64,000 nucleotides of DNA from a virus. Taxonomy: Duplodnaviria; Heunggongvirae; Uroviricota; Caudoviricetes. The stretch is from the IMG/VR virus record IMGVR_UViG_3300020045_008999, positions 512,001 through 576,000 of that record; one strand, 5' to 3'. Under the pieces are notes generated by a model. The model searched no databases and had not been told where the DNA came from. It saw only the letters and a program-made list of their open reading frames with translations. Below, piece after piece: positions 10,467-19,556 of this stretch (the stretch's first letter is position 1; each line of letters starts with the position of its first letter). Made by a program: the position numbers and the translations under genes.

Positions 10467-10985
10467 ATGGAAATAAGTAGAGAGCGAAAATACGAAGGGT
10501 ATTTTTCAGTTGATGCACTAAAAGTGGAAACCAATAGTGGTAAAGTAGTGACCCGAGAGGTTATGAATCGTAAAGATGGTACATGTGCGATTGTATATGA
10601 CACAAGCACTAAACATTTTATCTTCGTAGAACAATACCGACCAGGGACCGGTCAGAAGTTGGTTGAAGTACCAGCCGGGACACTTGACATACCAGGGGAG
10701 GATCCATGTGATGGAATTATTCGAGAAATCGATGAAGAAATTGGCTATAGTGTCGATGAAATTGAATACATAACCGAGTGTTACATGAGCCCTGGTGGTT
10801 CTACTGAGAAGATTTTCATTTACCATGCCCAAGTATCAACTCAATTACACGAGGGTGGTGGGACTGAAAATGAAGATATTAACATTGTACGCATTCATAG
10901 AGACAATTTAGTACGCTATAACTTTGATGATGCTAAAACAATTATCGCGGTTAGATTTGTAATAGATAAATACAATTTGAAGTAA
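10467..10985 (+). CDS. NUDIX hydrolase (ADP-ribose pyrophosphatase-like)
   Basis: VEQYR, EVPAGTLD-x-GE...REIDEEIGY Nudix box, YMSPGGSTE, DAKT. Confidence 0.9.
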   Translation: MEISRERKYEGYFSVDALKVETNSGKVVTREVMNRKDGTCAIVYDTSTKHFIFVEQYRPGTGQKLVEVPAGTLDIPGEDPCDGIIREIDEEIGYSVDEIEYITECYMSPGGSTEKIFIYHAQVSTQLHEGGGTENEDINIVRIHRDNLVRYNFDDAKTIIAVRFVIDKYNLK

Positions 10986-10991
10986 TTCTAT

Positions 10992-11034
10992 AAAAAAAAA
11001 CAATACGGATTAATATAATCTGTATTGTTTTTTT
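10992..11034 (+). terminator. Intrinsic terminator
   Basis: AAAACAATACGGATT...AATCTGTATTGTTTTTTT hairpin. Confidence 0.65.
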
Positions 11035-11059
11035 ATATATAAGTAAAAATATATTTAAA

Positions 11060-12256
11060 TTGAAATTATTTGAAAAACTTGGAATCCCTGAAAACATATA
11101 CGAGGTTACCGAACATTTATTTAAAGAAATACTTATTGGAATACCTAGCATAAAAAAAGTAAATTCAACCAACCAACTAGAAATAGTGATTGATGATAAA
11201 ATAGCAGATTTGCATTTGAAAAAATGTAATATTTCTATAAAAATTAAAGCAGTTGAACTTTCTGACATAAGTGATACTACCGAACAAAAATTCAAAAATG
11301 GTGATTTAGTGCTTTATGGAATGGCAGTTAGTCATCACGCAGAAAAGGAAATTAAAAGCAATAAATACATAGTAACACCTAGTGATGTATTAGAACTATT
11401 TATAAATATTATTTCAATTGGTGGATTACCATCTAATTTAGATTTAGAATTATTTTTTTTAAATAATTCCACGGATATAATTAAATCATTGGGACATGAA
11501 ATCAAACACAAGTTTGATAATCATAAAAATCGAACAACTAAAATCATCCCACATTTACAATATAATGCATACCAAAGCATTCATATACCCATCAAAGCAG
11601 TTAGCAACTTTTTACACAATTTATATTATACCACCACTATTGAAAATTTAGTACGCACTAGTGAAGTATATTCTAAAATGAGATCTGTGAATGTTAATAA
11701 GGATAATTTTAAAGAATTTTTGTCAGCAGAATCTACCTACCAACGACTCACCCAAATTAATAATTTCACAGTAGATAAATTAAAATCCGATATTAAATTA
11801 GAAATGCAGGTAGTTAATGAGATAATTAACGAAAATTGCCCAGATGATGTTTTTATTGATGATGATGCTAAAGTCGATCGCATATTAGAATTTATATACA
11901 TAGGGTTATGTAATACTCAAATACGAGAATATCGAGATTTCTTAACTTCCAGCTACTTAGAAACAATATTTGGAATTGTAGATGGTAAAAAGAAGCAAAT
12001 GTTTGATCAAATGTCTAAGGAAATTAATAAATATGAAAATAATATTAGTAAATTTTACACTGATATAGAAAAAATGTTTATCTTTGTATCCAATAAGTAT
12101 ATGAAGAAAATTTCTAAACTTTACGACATGATAAAAAGCGATCAAAAATCAATCAACAACTGGGAATTGCACCAACGCATAAATTTGGGAAAACCCACTC
12201 GTAAAATGGAATCCAAAATCATTGATTATGAAACTTTTTTACGAAAGAAAAAATAG
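11060..12256 (+). CDS. Hypothetical protein with HExxH (zincin-like) motif
   Basis: 398 aa; LGHEIKH; TTG start; late-type motif upstream. Confidence 0.6.
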   Translation: MKLFEKLGIPENIYEVTEHLFKEILIGIPSIKKVNSTNQLEIVIDDKIADLHLKKCNISIKIKAVELSDISDTTEQKFKNGDLVLYGMAVSHHAEKEIKSNKYIVTPSDVLELFINIISIGGLPSNLDLELFFLNNSTDIIKSLGHEIKHKFDNHKNRTTKIIPHLQYNAYQSIHIPIKAVSNFLHNLYYTTTIENLVRTSEVYSKMRSVNVNKDNFKEFLSAESTYQRLTQINNFTVDKLKSDIKLEMQVVNEIINENCPDDVFIDDDAKVDRILEFIYIGLCNTQIREYRDFLTSSYLETIFGIVDGKKKQMFDQMSKEINKYENNISKFYTDIEKMFIFVSNKYMKKISKLYDMIKSDQKSINNWELHQRINLGKPTRKMESKIIDYETFLRKKK

Positions 12257-12318
12257 TACAATAAACATAAATTAGAAAGGTAAGAATTTGAATTCTTACC
12301 TTTTCGCAATATAATTAA

Positions 12319-12561
12319 TTGATGAAAACTAACATACTCTATTTAATATTGGGAATATTTATTACTACTTCCCTTGCCTTCACTGCTAATTCAACCGGTC
12401 TTATTACCTTAAAACCAGCGATGCCTATTCAAACCATTTCACATTTTTCACATGATGGTGAGAACATCAATCGGTTCATTAAGACTAATAGTAAAAAATA
12501 CACTGTACATAAAATGGAATCCTCCGAAAATGGTTATATTGTAGTCATGGTTAGATATTAA
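12319..12561 (+). CDS. Small secreted/membrane hypothetical protein
   Basis: Signal-peptide-like N-terminus. Confidence 0.55.
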   Translation: MMKTNILYLILGIFITTSLAFTANSTGLITLKPAMPIQTISHFSHDGENINRFIKTNSKKYTVHKMESSENGYIVVMVRY

Positions 12562-12569
12562 TATTTTAC

Positions 12570-12596
12570 AAACTATTTAATAAATTTTCCATATAA
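12570..12596 (+). promoter_or_regulatory. Bipartite phage promoter-like motif (A/C)AACTTT-N15-TATAA (variant)
   Basis: AAACTAT-N15-TATAA directly before thyA; same spacing at 8 other sites. Confidence 0.6.
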
Positions 12597-12601
12597 GTAA
12601 T

Positions 12602-13450
12602 ATGGAAAATAAAAATATAAGCAAAGCAGATTTTTACGTAAAAGAAAATCTTAAAAAAATTTTGGAAAATGGTAATCATGATGAAAATCCACGACCAAAA
12701 TACAAAGATGGAACTCCAGCTCATAGTATATTCGTGAATCAAATATTCGAGGAATACGATATTATGAATGGTGAATTTCCAATACCAACCCTTCGTAATA
12801 CGGCAATCAAGACCGGAATTAAAGAAATATTATGGATATACCAAGATCAGACATCTTCTCTTATAGAAGCACGTAAGAGAGGCATAAAATGGTGGGATGA
12901 ATGGTGTATAGGAAGCGATAATATCGGGATGAGATATGGTGCCACTGTTAACAAATGGGACTTGGTCAATAAATTATTGAAAGGTTTAGAAGAAAACCCG
13001 TTTGGTAGACGTCATATCATGAATTTATATCAAGAATCGGATTTACAAGAAACCGATGGATTATACCCATGTGCATATGAAACATTATGGAGTGTCTATA
13101 AAAAAAATGGGGAAACTATTTTAGATATGACATTAATTCAACGCTCAAACGATATGATCATGGCTGGTGCCATAAATAAAATACAATATGTCGCGTTAAT
13201 GATGATGATTGCATCACATTTGGGATATAAAGTTGGTAAATTTTGTCACCTTGTTCAAAACTTACACATCTATGATAGGCATGTAGCAGCAGCTCATGAA
13301 ATATTGGCAAAGGAGCCAATCTTAGACATAAACCCTAGAATTGAATTGAATGTAAAAAAGAATTTTTATGACATTCGTATCGAGGACTTCGAAATTTTTG
13401 ATATAAATGAAATCACTAAAATAACCAGCGAATTAGAAATTGCAATTTAA
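12602..13450 (+). CDS. thyA: Thymidylate synthase
   Basis: EILW, GRRHI, LYPCAY catalytic Cys, QRSND, NLHIYDRH. Confidence 0.95.
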   Translation: MENKNISKADFYVKENLKKILENGNHDENPRPKYKDGTPAHSIFVNQIFEEYDIMNGEFPIPTLRNTAIKTGIKEILWIYQDQTSSLIEARKRGIKWWDEWCIGSDNIGMRYGATVNKWDLVNKLLKGLEENPFGRRHIMNLYQESDLQETDGLYPCAYETLWSVYKKNGETILDMTLIQRSNDMIMAGAINKIQYVALMMMIASHLGYKVGKFCHLVQNLHIYDRHVAAAHEILAKEPILDINPRIELNVKKNFYDIRIEDFEIFDINEITKITSELEIAI

Positions 13451-13458
13451 ATTTTAAA

Positions 13459-13965
13459 ATGGACTTATCCAACATAAAACAACCATTCACTATTACATTA
13501 GTGGGCCCGCCTCTTGTTGGTAAGACAACATTTATAAAAACATTACATGGTGCCGAATTTGAAGTCATTTCATCAGATAGTATATTAATCGAGCTACATG
13601 GAAGTGATGATTATGGGATGGCTTTTACATCAGTGGATAAAACAACGCATGATTTAGAACTAAGTCGGAGAATTATTGAGAGTATAAAACTCAAAAAAAA
13701 CATAATTTTCGACTTAACTAATCTAAGAATTATACGACGACGAAGAAATTTAGGCCAATGTAGTAGAAAAATATATACCAATATTGCAATTATTTTTCCT
13801 AATATATCAGAAGAAACTTGCATTAAGCGTAATGAGAGTCGACGATTGACAGAATCAAAATATATAAATCCAAATTTGATTAGCCAAATGATCGCAGAAT
13901 ATCAACCAGTTGACTACTCTGAGGGCTTTTCCGAAATAATTTATTTAAAAAACACTACTAAATAG
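13459..13965 (+). CDS. P-loop kinase (polynucleotide kinase/AAA_33-like)
   Basis: LVGPPLVGKTT, ISSD, IFDLTNL, CIKRNESR. Confidence 0.8.
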   Translation: MDLSNIKQPFTITLVGPPLVGKTTFIKTLHGAEFEVISSDSILIELHGSDDYGMAFTSVDKTTHDLELSRRIIESIKLKKNIIFDLTNLRIIRRRRNLGQCSRKIYTNIAIIFPNISEETCIKRNESRRLTESKYINPNLISQMIAEYQPVDYSEGFSEIIYLKNTTK

Positions 13966-13978
13966 TAGTGTTTTTTTT
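13947..13978 (+). terminator. Intrinsic terminator
   Basis: AAAAACACTACTA-AA-TAGTAGTGTTTTTTTT; near-identical stem at 17315-17342. Confidence 0.7.
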
Positions 13979-14007
13979 GTATATTTGGGTTTTTATCGAT
14001 ATATTTG
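13977..14007 (+). promoter_or_regulatory. Bacteroidota-type promoter TTG-N20-TAnnTTTG
   Basis: TTG 13977-79 and TATATTTG 14000-07 upstream of the HD gene. Confidence 0.6.
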
Positions 14008-14028
14008 TAATACTAAAAAAATGAAATC

Positions 14029-14649
14029 ATGGGGAAGTTTGAAAAAATGAAAATATCGCTTAAATATTGGCTACTTGGGATGAGTAATTTTGATAAAAAT
14101 TATTTAAAATGTGTTGATGCTCTCGAATTTGCAGCATTACACCATACTGGTCTTCGCAAAGATGGCAAAACTCATGAATTTGAGCATCAAATTACCATAG
14201 CAATGTACATTAGATCAATTTCTCAAAATTTGATCAATCCATGGGTTGCAATTTGTGTTGCATTATTACATGATACTGCAGAAGATTATGATGTTACATA
14301 CGAAGAAATTGAATTTAAATTTGGTAGGGAAGTACGCGTATCAGTGGAAGCAATGACTAAAGAATACCGAGGGATTAAAAAAACGAACGATGTGTATTTC
14401 ACTGATATTTCACAAGACCCACATGCATCTGTAAATAAAGGGGCCGATAGAATTCATAATTTACAATCAATGGCCGGGGCTTTTACGAAAGACAAACAAA
14501 GAGAATACATCAAAGAAGCGGAAGATCATATTTTACCGGCAATTAAAAAAGCAAAACGATTATTCCCGGCTCAGGAAATGGCATATGAAAATATTAAATT
14601 GGTAATGGAATCTCAGATTCAACTAATTAAATTATCTCTAAATGAGTAA
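14029..14649 (+). CDS. HD-domain protein, RelA/SpoT hydrolase (Mesh1/small alarmone hydrolase)-like
   Basis: H-x-G-x-RKDG, H...LLHDTAED, KGADRIHNL. Confidence 0.85.
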   Translation: MGKFEKMKISLKYWLLGMSNFDKNYLKCVDALEFAALHHTGLRKDGKTHEFEHQITIAMYIRSISQNLINPWVAICVALLHDTAEDYDVTYEEIEFKFGREVRVSVEAMTKEYRGIKKTNDVYFTDISQDPHASVNKGADRIHNLQSMAGAFTKDKQREYIKEAEDHILPAIKKAKRLFPAQEMAYENIKLVMESQIQLIKLSLNE

Positions 14650-15352
14650 GACAATCATAACTAATATAACATTCGAGAGCCGAACTAAAAAAACGGTTCT
14701 CGAAATATTAAAGAAAACTAAATCCACAAATCAAGTAATTGACCTAAATAATATAATTCCAATGCCATCGGCACTAAAGGGATTTCCAATTGATACTATT
14801 TCTTATTTTCAATTAGCGTTACACAAATATGAATTGGGTGATACCAAAGATTTAATAGACTTACATTCCGAAAAAAACGACAAAATTTCAATCGATCAGT
14901 ATATTAACTACTATAATAATAAAGTAGTCGATAAATCCATTGGAAAAAGAATGTATGAAAATATATTAAATCATGGTGTGGCATCCTGGAGAGAATTTAA
15001 TAAAAAAGAGTGGGGACTTGGGAATAACTGTGTATATGGTAGTACCATGTTTAATAATACCACTGTGTCTATAAACACACTAGACCAATACCCAAAACCA
15101 ATCGTCGTGAAATTGTCTAAAATGTTCCCAGAGGACATATTATTCGTAAAATACGCAAGCGATTGTCCAGGTAAATATTCAAAATGCTTTCGAATTAAAA
15201 ATGGTATAATATTTGAAATGGTTCGTGTTAGTGATAAACGTATCACTTATTGTGAACTGTTTAAAAAAAACCCACATATTTTTAAAGATATACACCGCAA
15301 AGACACTATTAATTCTATTTTAGTATCTGCTGATATTATATCAATTCAGTAA
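14642..15352 (+). CDS. DUF1281/YubB ferredoxin-like family protein
   Basis: IDLNNIIPMP, HGVASWREF...WG, LSKMFP. Confidence 0.6.
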   Translation: MSKTIITNITFESRTKKTVLEILKKTKSTNQVIDLNNIIPMPSALKGFPIDTISYFQLALHKYELGDTKDLIDLHSEKNDKISIDQYINYYNNKVVDKSIGKRMYENILNHGVASWREFNKKEWGLGNNCVYGSTMFNNTTVSINTLDQYPKPIVVKLSKMFPEDILFVKYASDCPGKYSKCFRIKNGIIFEMVRVSDKRITYCELFKKNPHIFKDIHRKDTINSILVSADIISIQ

Positions 15353-15390
15353 ACTTTTAGTTGAAAATGCAATACAAATAGTAAATTTAA

Positions 15391-15630
15391 ATGTTTATGT
15401 TTGATCTTATTTTAAAAGAGTTGTTCAATTTGGATAACCTATCTATAATTTATTCCAATACCAAATCTACTGCAACTGTTTGGCATAATGACGAAAAACT
15501 ATACACTATATCAATAATAGATGATTTAGTAAAGTTTGAAGATAATCTATCTATACACTATTGTAACACATTAACAGACGTTCTTGATAAAATACATTTA
15601 ATATATAACGTAAAAATTTCAAAATTATGA
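15391..15630 (+). CDS. Hypothetical protein
   Basis: 79 aa; AAACTTT-N15-TACAA upstream. Confidence 0.55.
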   Translation: MFMFDLILKELFNLDNLSIIYSNTKSTATVWHNDEKLYTISIIDDLVKFEDNLSIHYCNTLTDVLDKIHLIYNVKISKL

Positions 15631-16094
15631 ATATTATTAAACGGTTAATCAAATATATCTGTGAATTATTACAAATTAGTGATGGGATTGTGACAAAAAA
15701 TAATGCGTATGAAAATATTGAAAGATACACAATAACCCATTATGATTCAACTATTGTTGAAATTATAAACGAACACCGAAAATCGATACAACTTATAGAA
15801 TTACAACTTGATGGACATTTAAGCGATGTATCTTTTACACACACCAAATATATGTGTGAAAAAATGAAAGCGAGTCATGATGGTGCCGTAAATAGGCAAA
15901 ATGAATATAGCGGTAAAATGGTTTTAGAAATTGTTGGCTTTGGGTTTTCAACACCGAATGGTGTTTTTAATGCTTGGATGGCATCTGAATTACACAAACG
16001 AGCAATTAATGACATTGGATCTAGATATATAGGGATTTCATCAACCGTTGATACCGCAGGTAAAATATACGTGACTGTATTATTCTTAAACTAA
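15627..16094 (+). CDS. CAP (SCP-like) domain protein
   Basis: INEHR, HTKYM, SHDG, EIVG, AWMASELHKRAI, YIGIS. Confidence 0.85.
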   Translation: MNIIKRLIKYICELLQISDGIVTKNNAYENIERYTITHYDSTIVEIINEHRKSIQLIELQLDGHLSDVSFTHTKYMCEKMKASHDGAVNRQNEYSGKMVLEIVGFGFSTPNGVFNAWMASELHKRAINDIGSRYIGISSTVDTAGKIYVTVLFLN

Positions 16095-16125
16095 TATTAG
16101 GAATATTGGATTTTATGATATATAT

Positions 16126-16692
16126 TTGTGTAATATAAATATAAATATTATGAAAAAAACATCTGAAATATTTGTTGAAATGGACAAAGGGATATTCAAA
16201 TGTAACATACTGAATGTACCATACACATACAATTCAATCCTCAGAAAGCTTTATACAACACAATTTAACATTGCATTACTTCGGGACAATGACATTAATT
16301 ATGAAATTGCAAACAATTATGCTTCTTTTCTAAATCGTTCAAGTTATGTAAGAAATACTTACATAACACTATCCGAGGCTATCGAAATTACACAAAATAT
16401 TCAGAAGTTGGTTGAAGTTGATAGAATAAACATGTTTAAATTTGGGATACCCGAATATCCACAAATATGTGTTCAACTTGATGCTGCTACCAAAAAAATT
16501 CATGGTGGTAATATTTCACAAATATGGGCAATTGATCTAAAAACACTAAAGCTAGTGGAAAATGAAGAACAACGTAAAGATGTGATCAATAGTGTTTTTG
16601 ATACTATTAATAAAAATAGTCTAGAACCATATGAATATTCATTAAGCGAAATGGTAATGCGCCCTAATAAAAAATGTAAAATCTGGAATTAG
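16126..16692 (+). CDS. Hypothetical protein (true start probably ATG 16150)
   Basis: TATATTTG at 16121-16128 overlaps the listed start. Confidence 0.55.
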   Translation: MCNININIMKKTSEIFVEMDKGIFKCNILNVPYTYNSILRKLYTTQFNIALLRDNDINYEIANNYASFLNRSSYVRNTYITLSEAIEITQNIQKLVEVDRINMFKFGIPEYPQICVQLDAATKKIHGGNISQIWAIDLKTLKLVENEEQRKDVINSVFDTINKNSLEPYEYSLSEMVMRPNKKCKIWN

Positions 16693-16741
16693 TAATTTTA
16701 GCGTTAAAATACTTTTTAATCATAAAAAAATTTACAAAAAT

Positions 16742-17047
16742 ATGAAAATTATTTATTTAGGAAATGAAATTGATCATACGATAGAACATGAAATATTCTC
16801 GAATTCAGAATTTGGATTTGATATCCAAATTACTCATACACCAGAGAGTTGGTATACCAATAAAAAAATTATAGCAAACAACTGTACCGAATTTCATTGG
16901 AAATATGATGACCTGAGTAGAAATACCAACTTAGGCGACCAAGTTGCATTTGAAAGTGATATCCACGGCAGCGGTTTTACCAGAAAATGTAATACAATTG
17001 AATCGGTTGTAATTGATTTAGCAACGGTAGAACATGAAGAATTCTAA
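16742..17047 (+). CDS. Hypothetical protein
   Basis: 101 aa ORF in co-directional run. Confidence 0.55.
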   Translation: MKIIYLGNEIDHTIEHEIFSNSEFGFDIQITHTPESWYTNKKIIANNCTEFHWKYDDLSRNTNLGDQVAFESDIHGSGFTRKCNTIESVVIDLATVEHEEF

Positions 17048-17062
17048 TTAAATATCACTACA

Positions 17063-17329
17063 ATGAATGATCCGTACAAAAAACACACCACTAACGGTAT
17101 GGTGCACGAGAGAATGAATATTAAGTCCGGATTTAGTTTTACCACTATAATAGCAACTGGAATTGCTGGTGAAACAACATCATTATGTATATATGATGGT
17201 AGGTGTAGGCCGGAATCAATGGATGGACAGGTACGGGAATATATCATCCCACTCAGCGTAGAGGAGTTGGAACAATTAGGTGAAATGATTAAGAAATCCA
17301 TAAACAAACGCAACAAAACACTACTATAA
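17063..17329 (+). CDS. Hypothetical protein
   Basis: 88 aa ORF followed by a terminator hairpin. Confidence 0.55.
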   Translation: MNDPYKKHTTNGMVHERMNIKSGFSFTTIIATGIAGETTSLCIYDGRCRPESMDGQVREYIIPLSVEELEQLGEMIKKSINKRNKTLL

Positions 17330-17386
17330 GTAGTGTTTTTTTATGTTAGATACACAACTTCTATCTAAAAATTCCATATACTGGGT

Positions 17387-18058
17387 ATGGAAGATAAAAA
17401 TACCCCTATTAAATTTGAGCACCTAATGCTTGATATAGAAACAATGAGTAGTCATTCTTATGCTGCAATATTATGTATTGCAGCTATTGAATTTGACATA
17501 ACGACTGGCAAAACAGGTAAAACATTTTACCAGACAATATCATTACAATCCTCTATGGATTCTGGATTATTAGTAGATCCGGACACTATAGAATGGTGGA
17601 TGACACAAACTGATCAGTCAAAATCCGATGTATTCAAAGATACTAAACCCTTGCGAGAAACATTGAATAAATTCAGCGAATTTGTTATCCAGGGTGATTA
17701 TCAAATCTGGGGCAACTCAGCTCGTTTTGATTTAGGAATTTTACAAAATGCCTATGACAAATTATTCATTAAAATTCCTTGGGATTTCCGAAAAGAGCGA
17801 TGTCTGCGTACATTAGTATCCTTTAATCCAGAAATTAAAGAAACTCACACATATGTAGGAATTCGCCACAACGCTCTATATGACTGTTATAATCAAATTT
17901 CATATGGGTCTAGGATATGGATGATATTGAATGGTTTAACAATACCAGAGGCCATAACTTCACCACGCATAAAATGTACTTGCTCATGTCATCACCAAAA
18001 TGGAATTACTCACGTATACGCCTGTTGTGATAATGGGTATATAAAAACATATATTTAA
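17387..18058 (+). CDS. DEDDh 3'-5' exonuclease (Rv2179c/DUF5051-like)
   Basis: HLMLDIETM, WGNSARFDLGIL, HNALYDC; Cys/His-rich tail. Confidence 0.85.
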   Translation: MEDKNTPIKFEHLMLDIETMSSHSYAAILCIAAIEFDITTGKTGKTFYQTISLQSSMDSGLLVDPDTIEWWMTQTDQSKSDVFKDTKPLRETLNKFSEFVIQGDYQIWGNSARFDLGILQNAYDKLFIKIPWDFRKERCLRTLVSFNPEIKETHTYVGIRHNALYDCYNQISYGSRIWMILNGLTIPEAITSPRIKCTCSCHHQNGITHVYACCDNGYIKTYI

Positions 18059-18069
18059 CACTTTTGCTA

Positions 18070-18100
18070 TTGCTTGATTAATATATTATTCCTATATTTG
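18070..18100 (+). promoter_or_regulatory. Bacteroidota-type promoter TTG-N20-TATATTTG
   Basis: Exact motif and spacing upstream of the DUF262 gene. Confidence 0.65.
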
Positions 18101-18131
18101 CATAGTAGTACTAATTTAAATCTGTCAAATA

Positions 18132-18971
18132 ATGGGAAAAATTAAAGAAGCGTTAATTAGTGATTTTTTAAAAAAACCAATTAAGATAGGTGATTCGGTA
18201 TATGTCCGTGGATTGGGAAGACAAGATAAGAATTCTATGGGTAATTCTGCCGAAGTGATTGACATCATAACAAATACCGATGGTAGTATTTCGGTATCCA
18301 TTATGGAGCACGGTAGTGTTATAAAAATTAATCCGGATGATTACGAAAGAGTCACTAATACAATTGGTGTTAATGTCTTCACCACTAAAGATATGCGTAT
18401 ACGAAATTTTTATTTTGATCTACGTGGTATAATGTCCTTTTTATCAATTGGTACTGAAAAAACTGATACTTATAATATTAAGGGTGTTGATGTGGATCCA
18501 GTGAATTGGAACCCATATGTCGTATCAAAAAATGGTACTAATGAATACTACCAACGTGAATTTGTTTGGTCTTTGAAAGATAAGCAAAATTTAATTGATA
18601 GTATCTACAATTACATAAACTGTGGTTCGATTTTGGTTAGAAAACGTTCATGGCAAGAAATTGAGAAGTTAATTGAAAATGGACAGAGCGATGTTGCGTT
18701 TATTGACATAGTAGATGGTAAACAGCGAATGAATGCGATATCCGAATTCACAACAGACCAATTTCCAGACTCATATGGAAATTTTTTCTCAGATTTATCT
18801 AAACGGTCTCATGGTATTTTTTACACATCTCAACTATTTTCATTTGGTGTTATGGATGAAGATATCGATGACCAGATGATAATAAAACAGTTTTTGAAAT
18901 TAAATTTTACCGGGGTACCACAATCAAGTGAGCATTTAGAATTTGTAAAATCAATAAATAACCGAATGTAA
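18132..18971 (+). CDS. DUF262 (ParB/Srx-like) domain protein
   Basis: YQREFVW, LIDSI, IVDGKQR, FLKLN. Confidence 0.85.
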   Translation: MGKIKEALISDFLKKPIKIGDSVYVRGLGRQDKNSMGNSAEVIDIITNTDGSISVSIMEHGSVIKINPDDYERVTNTIGVNVFTTKDMRIRNFYFDLRGIMSFLSIGTEKTDTYNIKGVDVDPVNWNPYVVSKNGTNEYYQREFVWSLKDKQNLIDSIYNYINCGSILVRKRSWQEIEKLIENGQSDVAFIDIVDGKQRMNAISEFTTDQFPDSYGNFFSDLSKRSHGIFYTSQLFSFGVMDEDIDDQMIIKQFLKLNFTGVPQSSEHLEFVKSINNRM

Positions 18972-18976
18972 TTATT

Positions 18977-19489
18977 ATGAGTAATATTAAAAAATTAGAA
19001 TACAGAATGTATGGATTAGTTGCATATCAACTGAGTCCAATTCAAAAAGGAATCCAATTTATGCATGCCGCTACCCGTTACGGTGTACGATTTGGTGGGA
19101 AAGAAACGGAATATGATGATTGGGCTTTCTTACACGAGACCGTTGTTTTATTATGTGGCGGAACAACCAATAAAAAATTTGAGAAGTTGGGCACATTGAA
19201 TAAATATGCCAATCAACTAGATCAAATGAATGTCCTGACTGCACCATTTTATGAAGAAGATTTGGGCGATCAAATGACTGCTATTGCATTTTTACTAGAT
19301 GAGCGAGTATACGATCGAAAAAAATATCCAGATTTTGAATTTGTGATAAAAAATCAACCGGATCGATTAAACCCAATATTTGTTAATGATGTCGAAAACG
19401 AAAAATGGCTAACATGGGTTGATTCAAATGGTGGAATCCAAGTTAATACTTTGAGGGAATTTATTCGTCCATTAAAACTAGCAAGATAA
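18977..19489 (+). CDS. Peptidyl-tRNA hydrolase 2-like phage protein
   Basis: MYGLV...QKGIQFMHA, TVVLLCGG, FYEEDLGDQMTAIAF. Confidence 0.55.
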   Translation: MSNIKKLEYRMYGLVAYQLSPIQKGIQFMHAATRYGVRFGGKETEYDDWAFLHETVVLLCGGTTNKKFEKLGTLNKYANQLDQMNVLTAPFYEEDLGDQMTAIAFLLDERVYDRKKYPDFEFVIKNQPDRLNPIFVNDVENEKWLTWVDSNGGIQVNTLREFIRPLKLAR

Positions 19490-19510
19490 AAATAAAAATA
19501 CCAAATAAAA

Positions 19511-19537
19511 AACTTTATAGGATCTTCTGACTATAAT
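19511..19537 (+). promoter_or_regulatory. Bipartite phage promoter-like motif AAACTTT-N15-TATAA
   Basis: Exact motif upstream of clpC. Confidence 0.65.
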
Positions 19538-19556
19538 TACTAATTAATATAAACAT

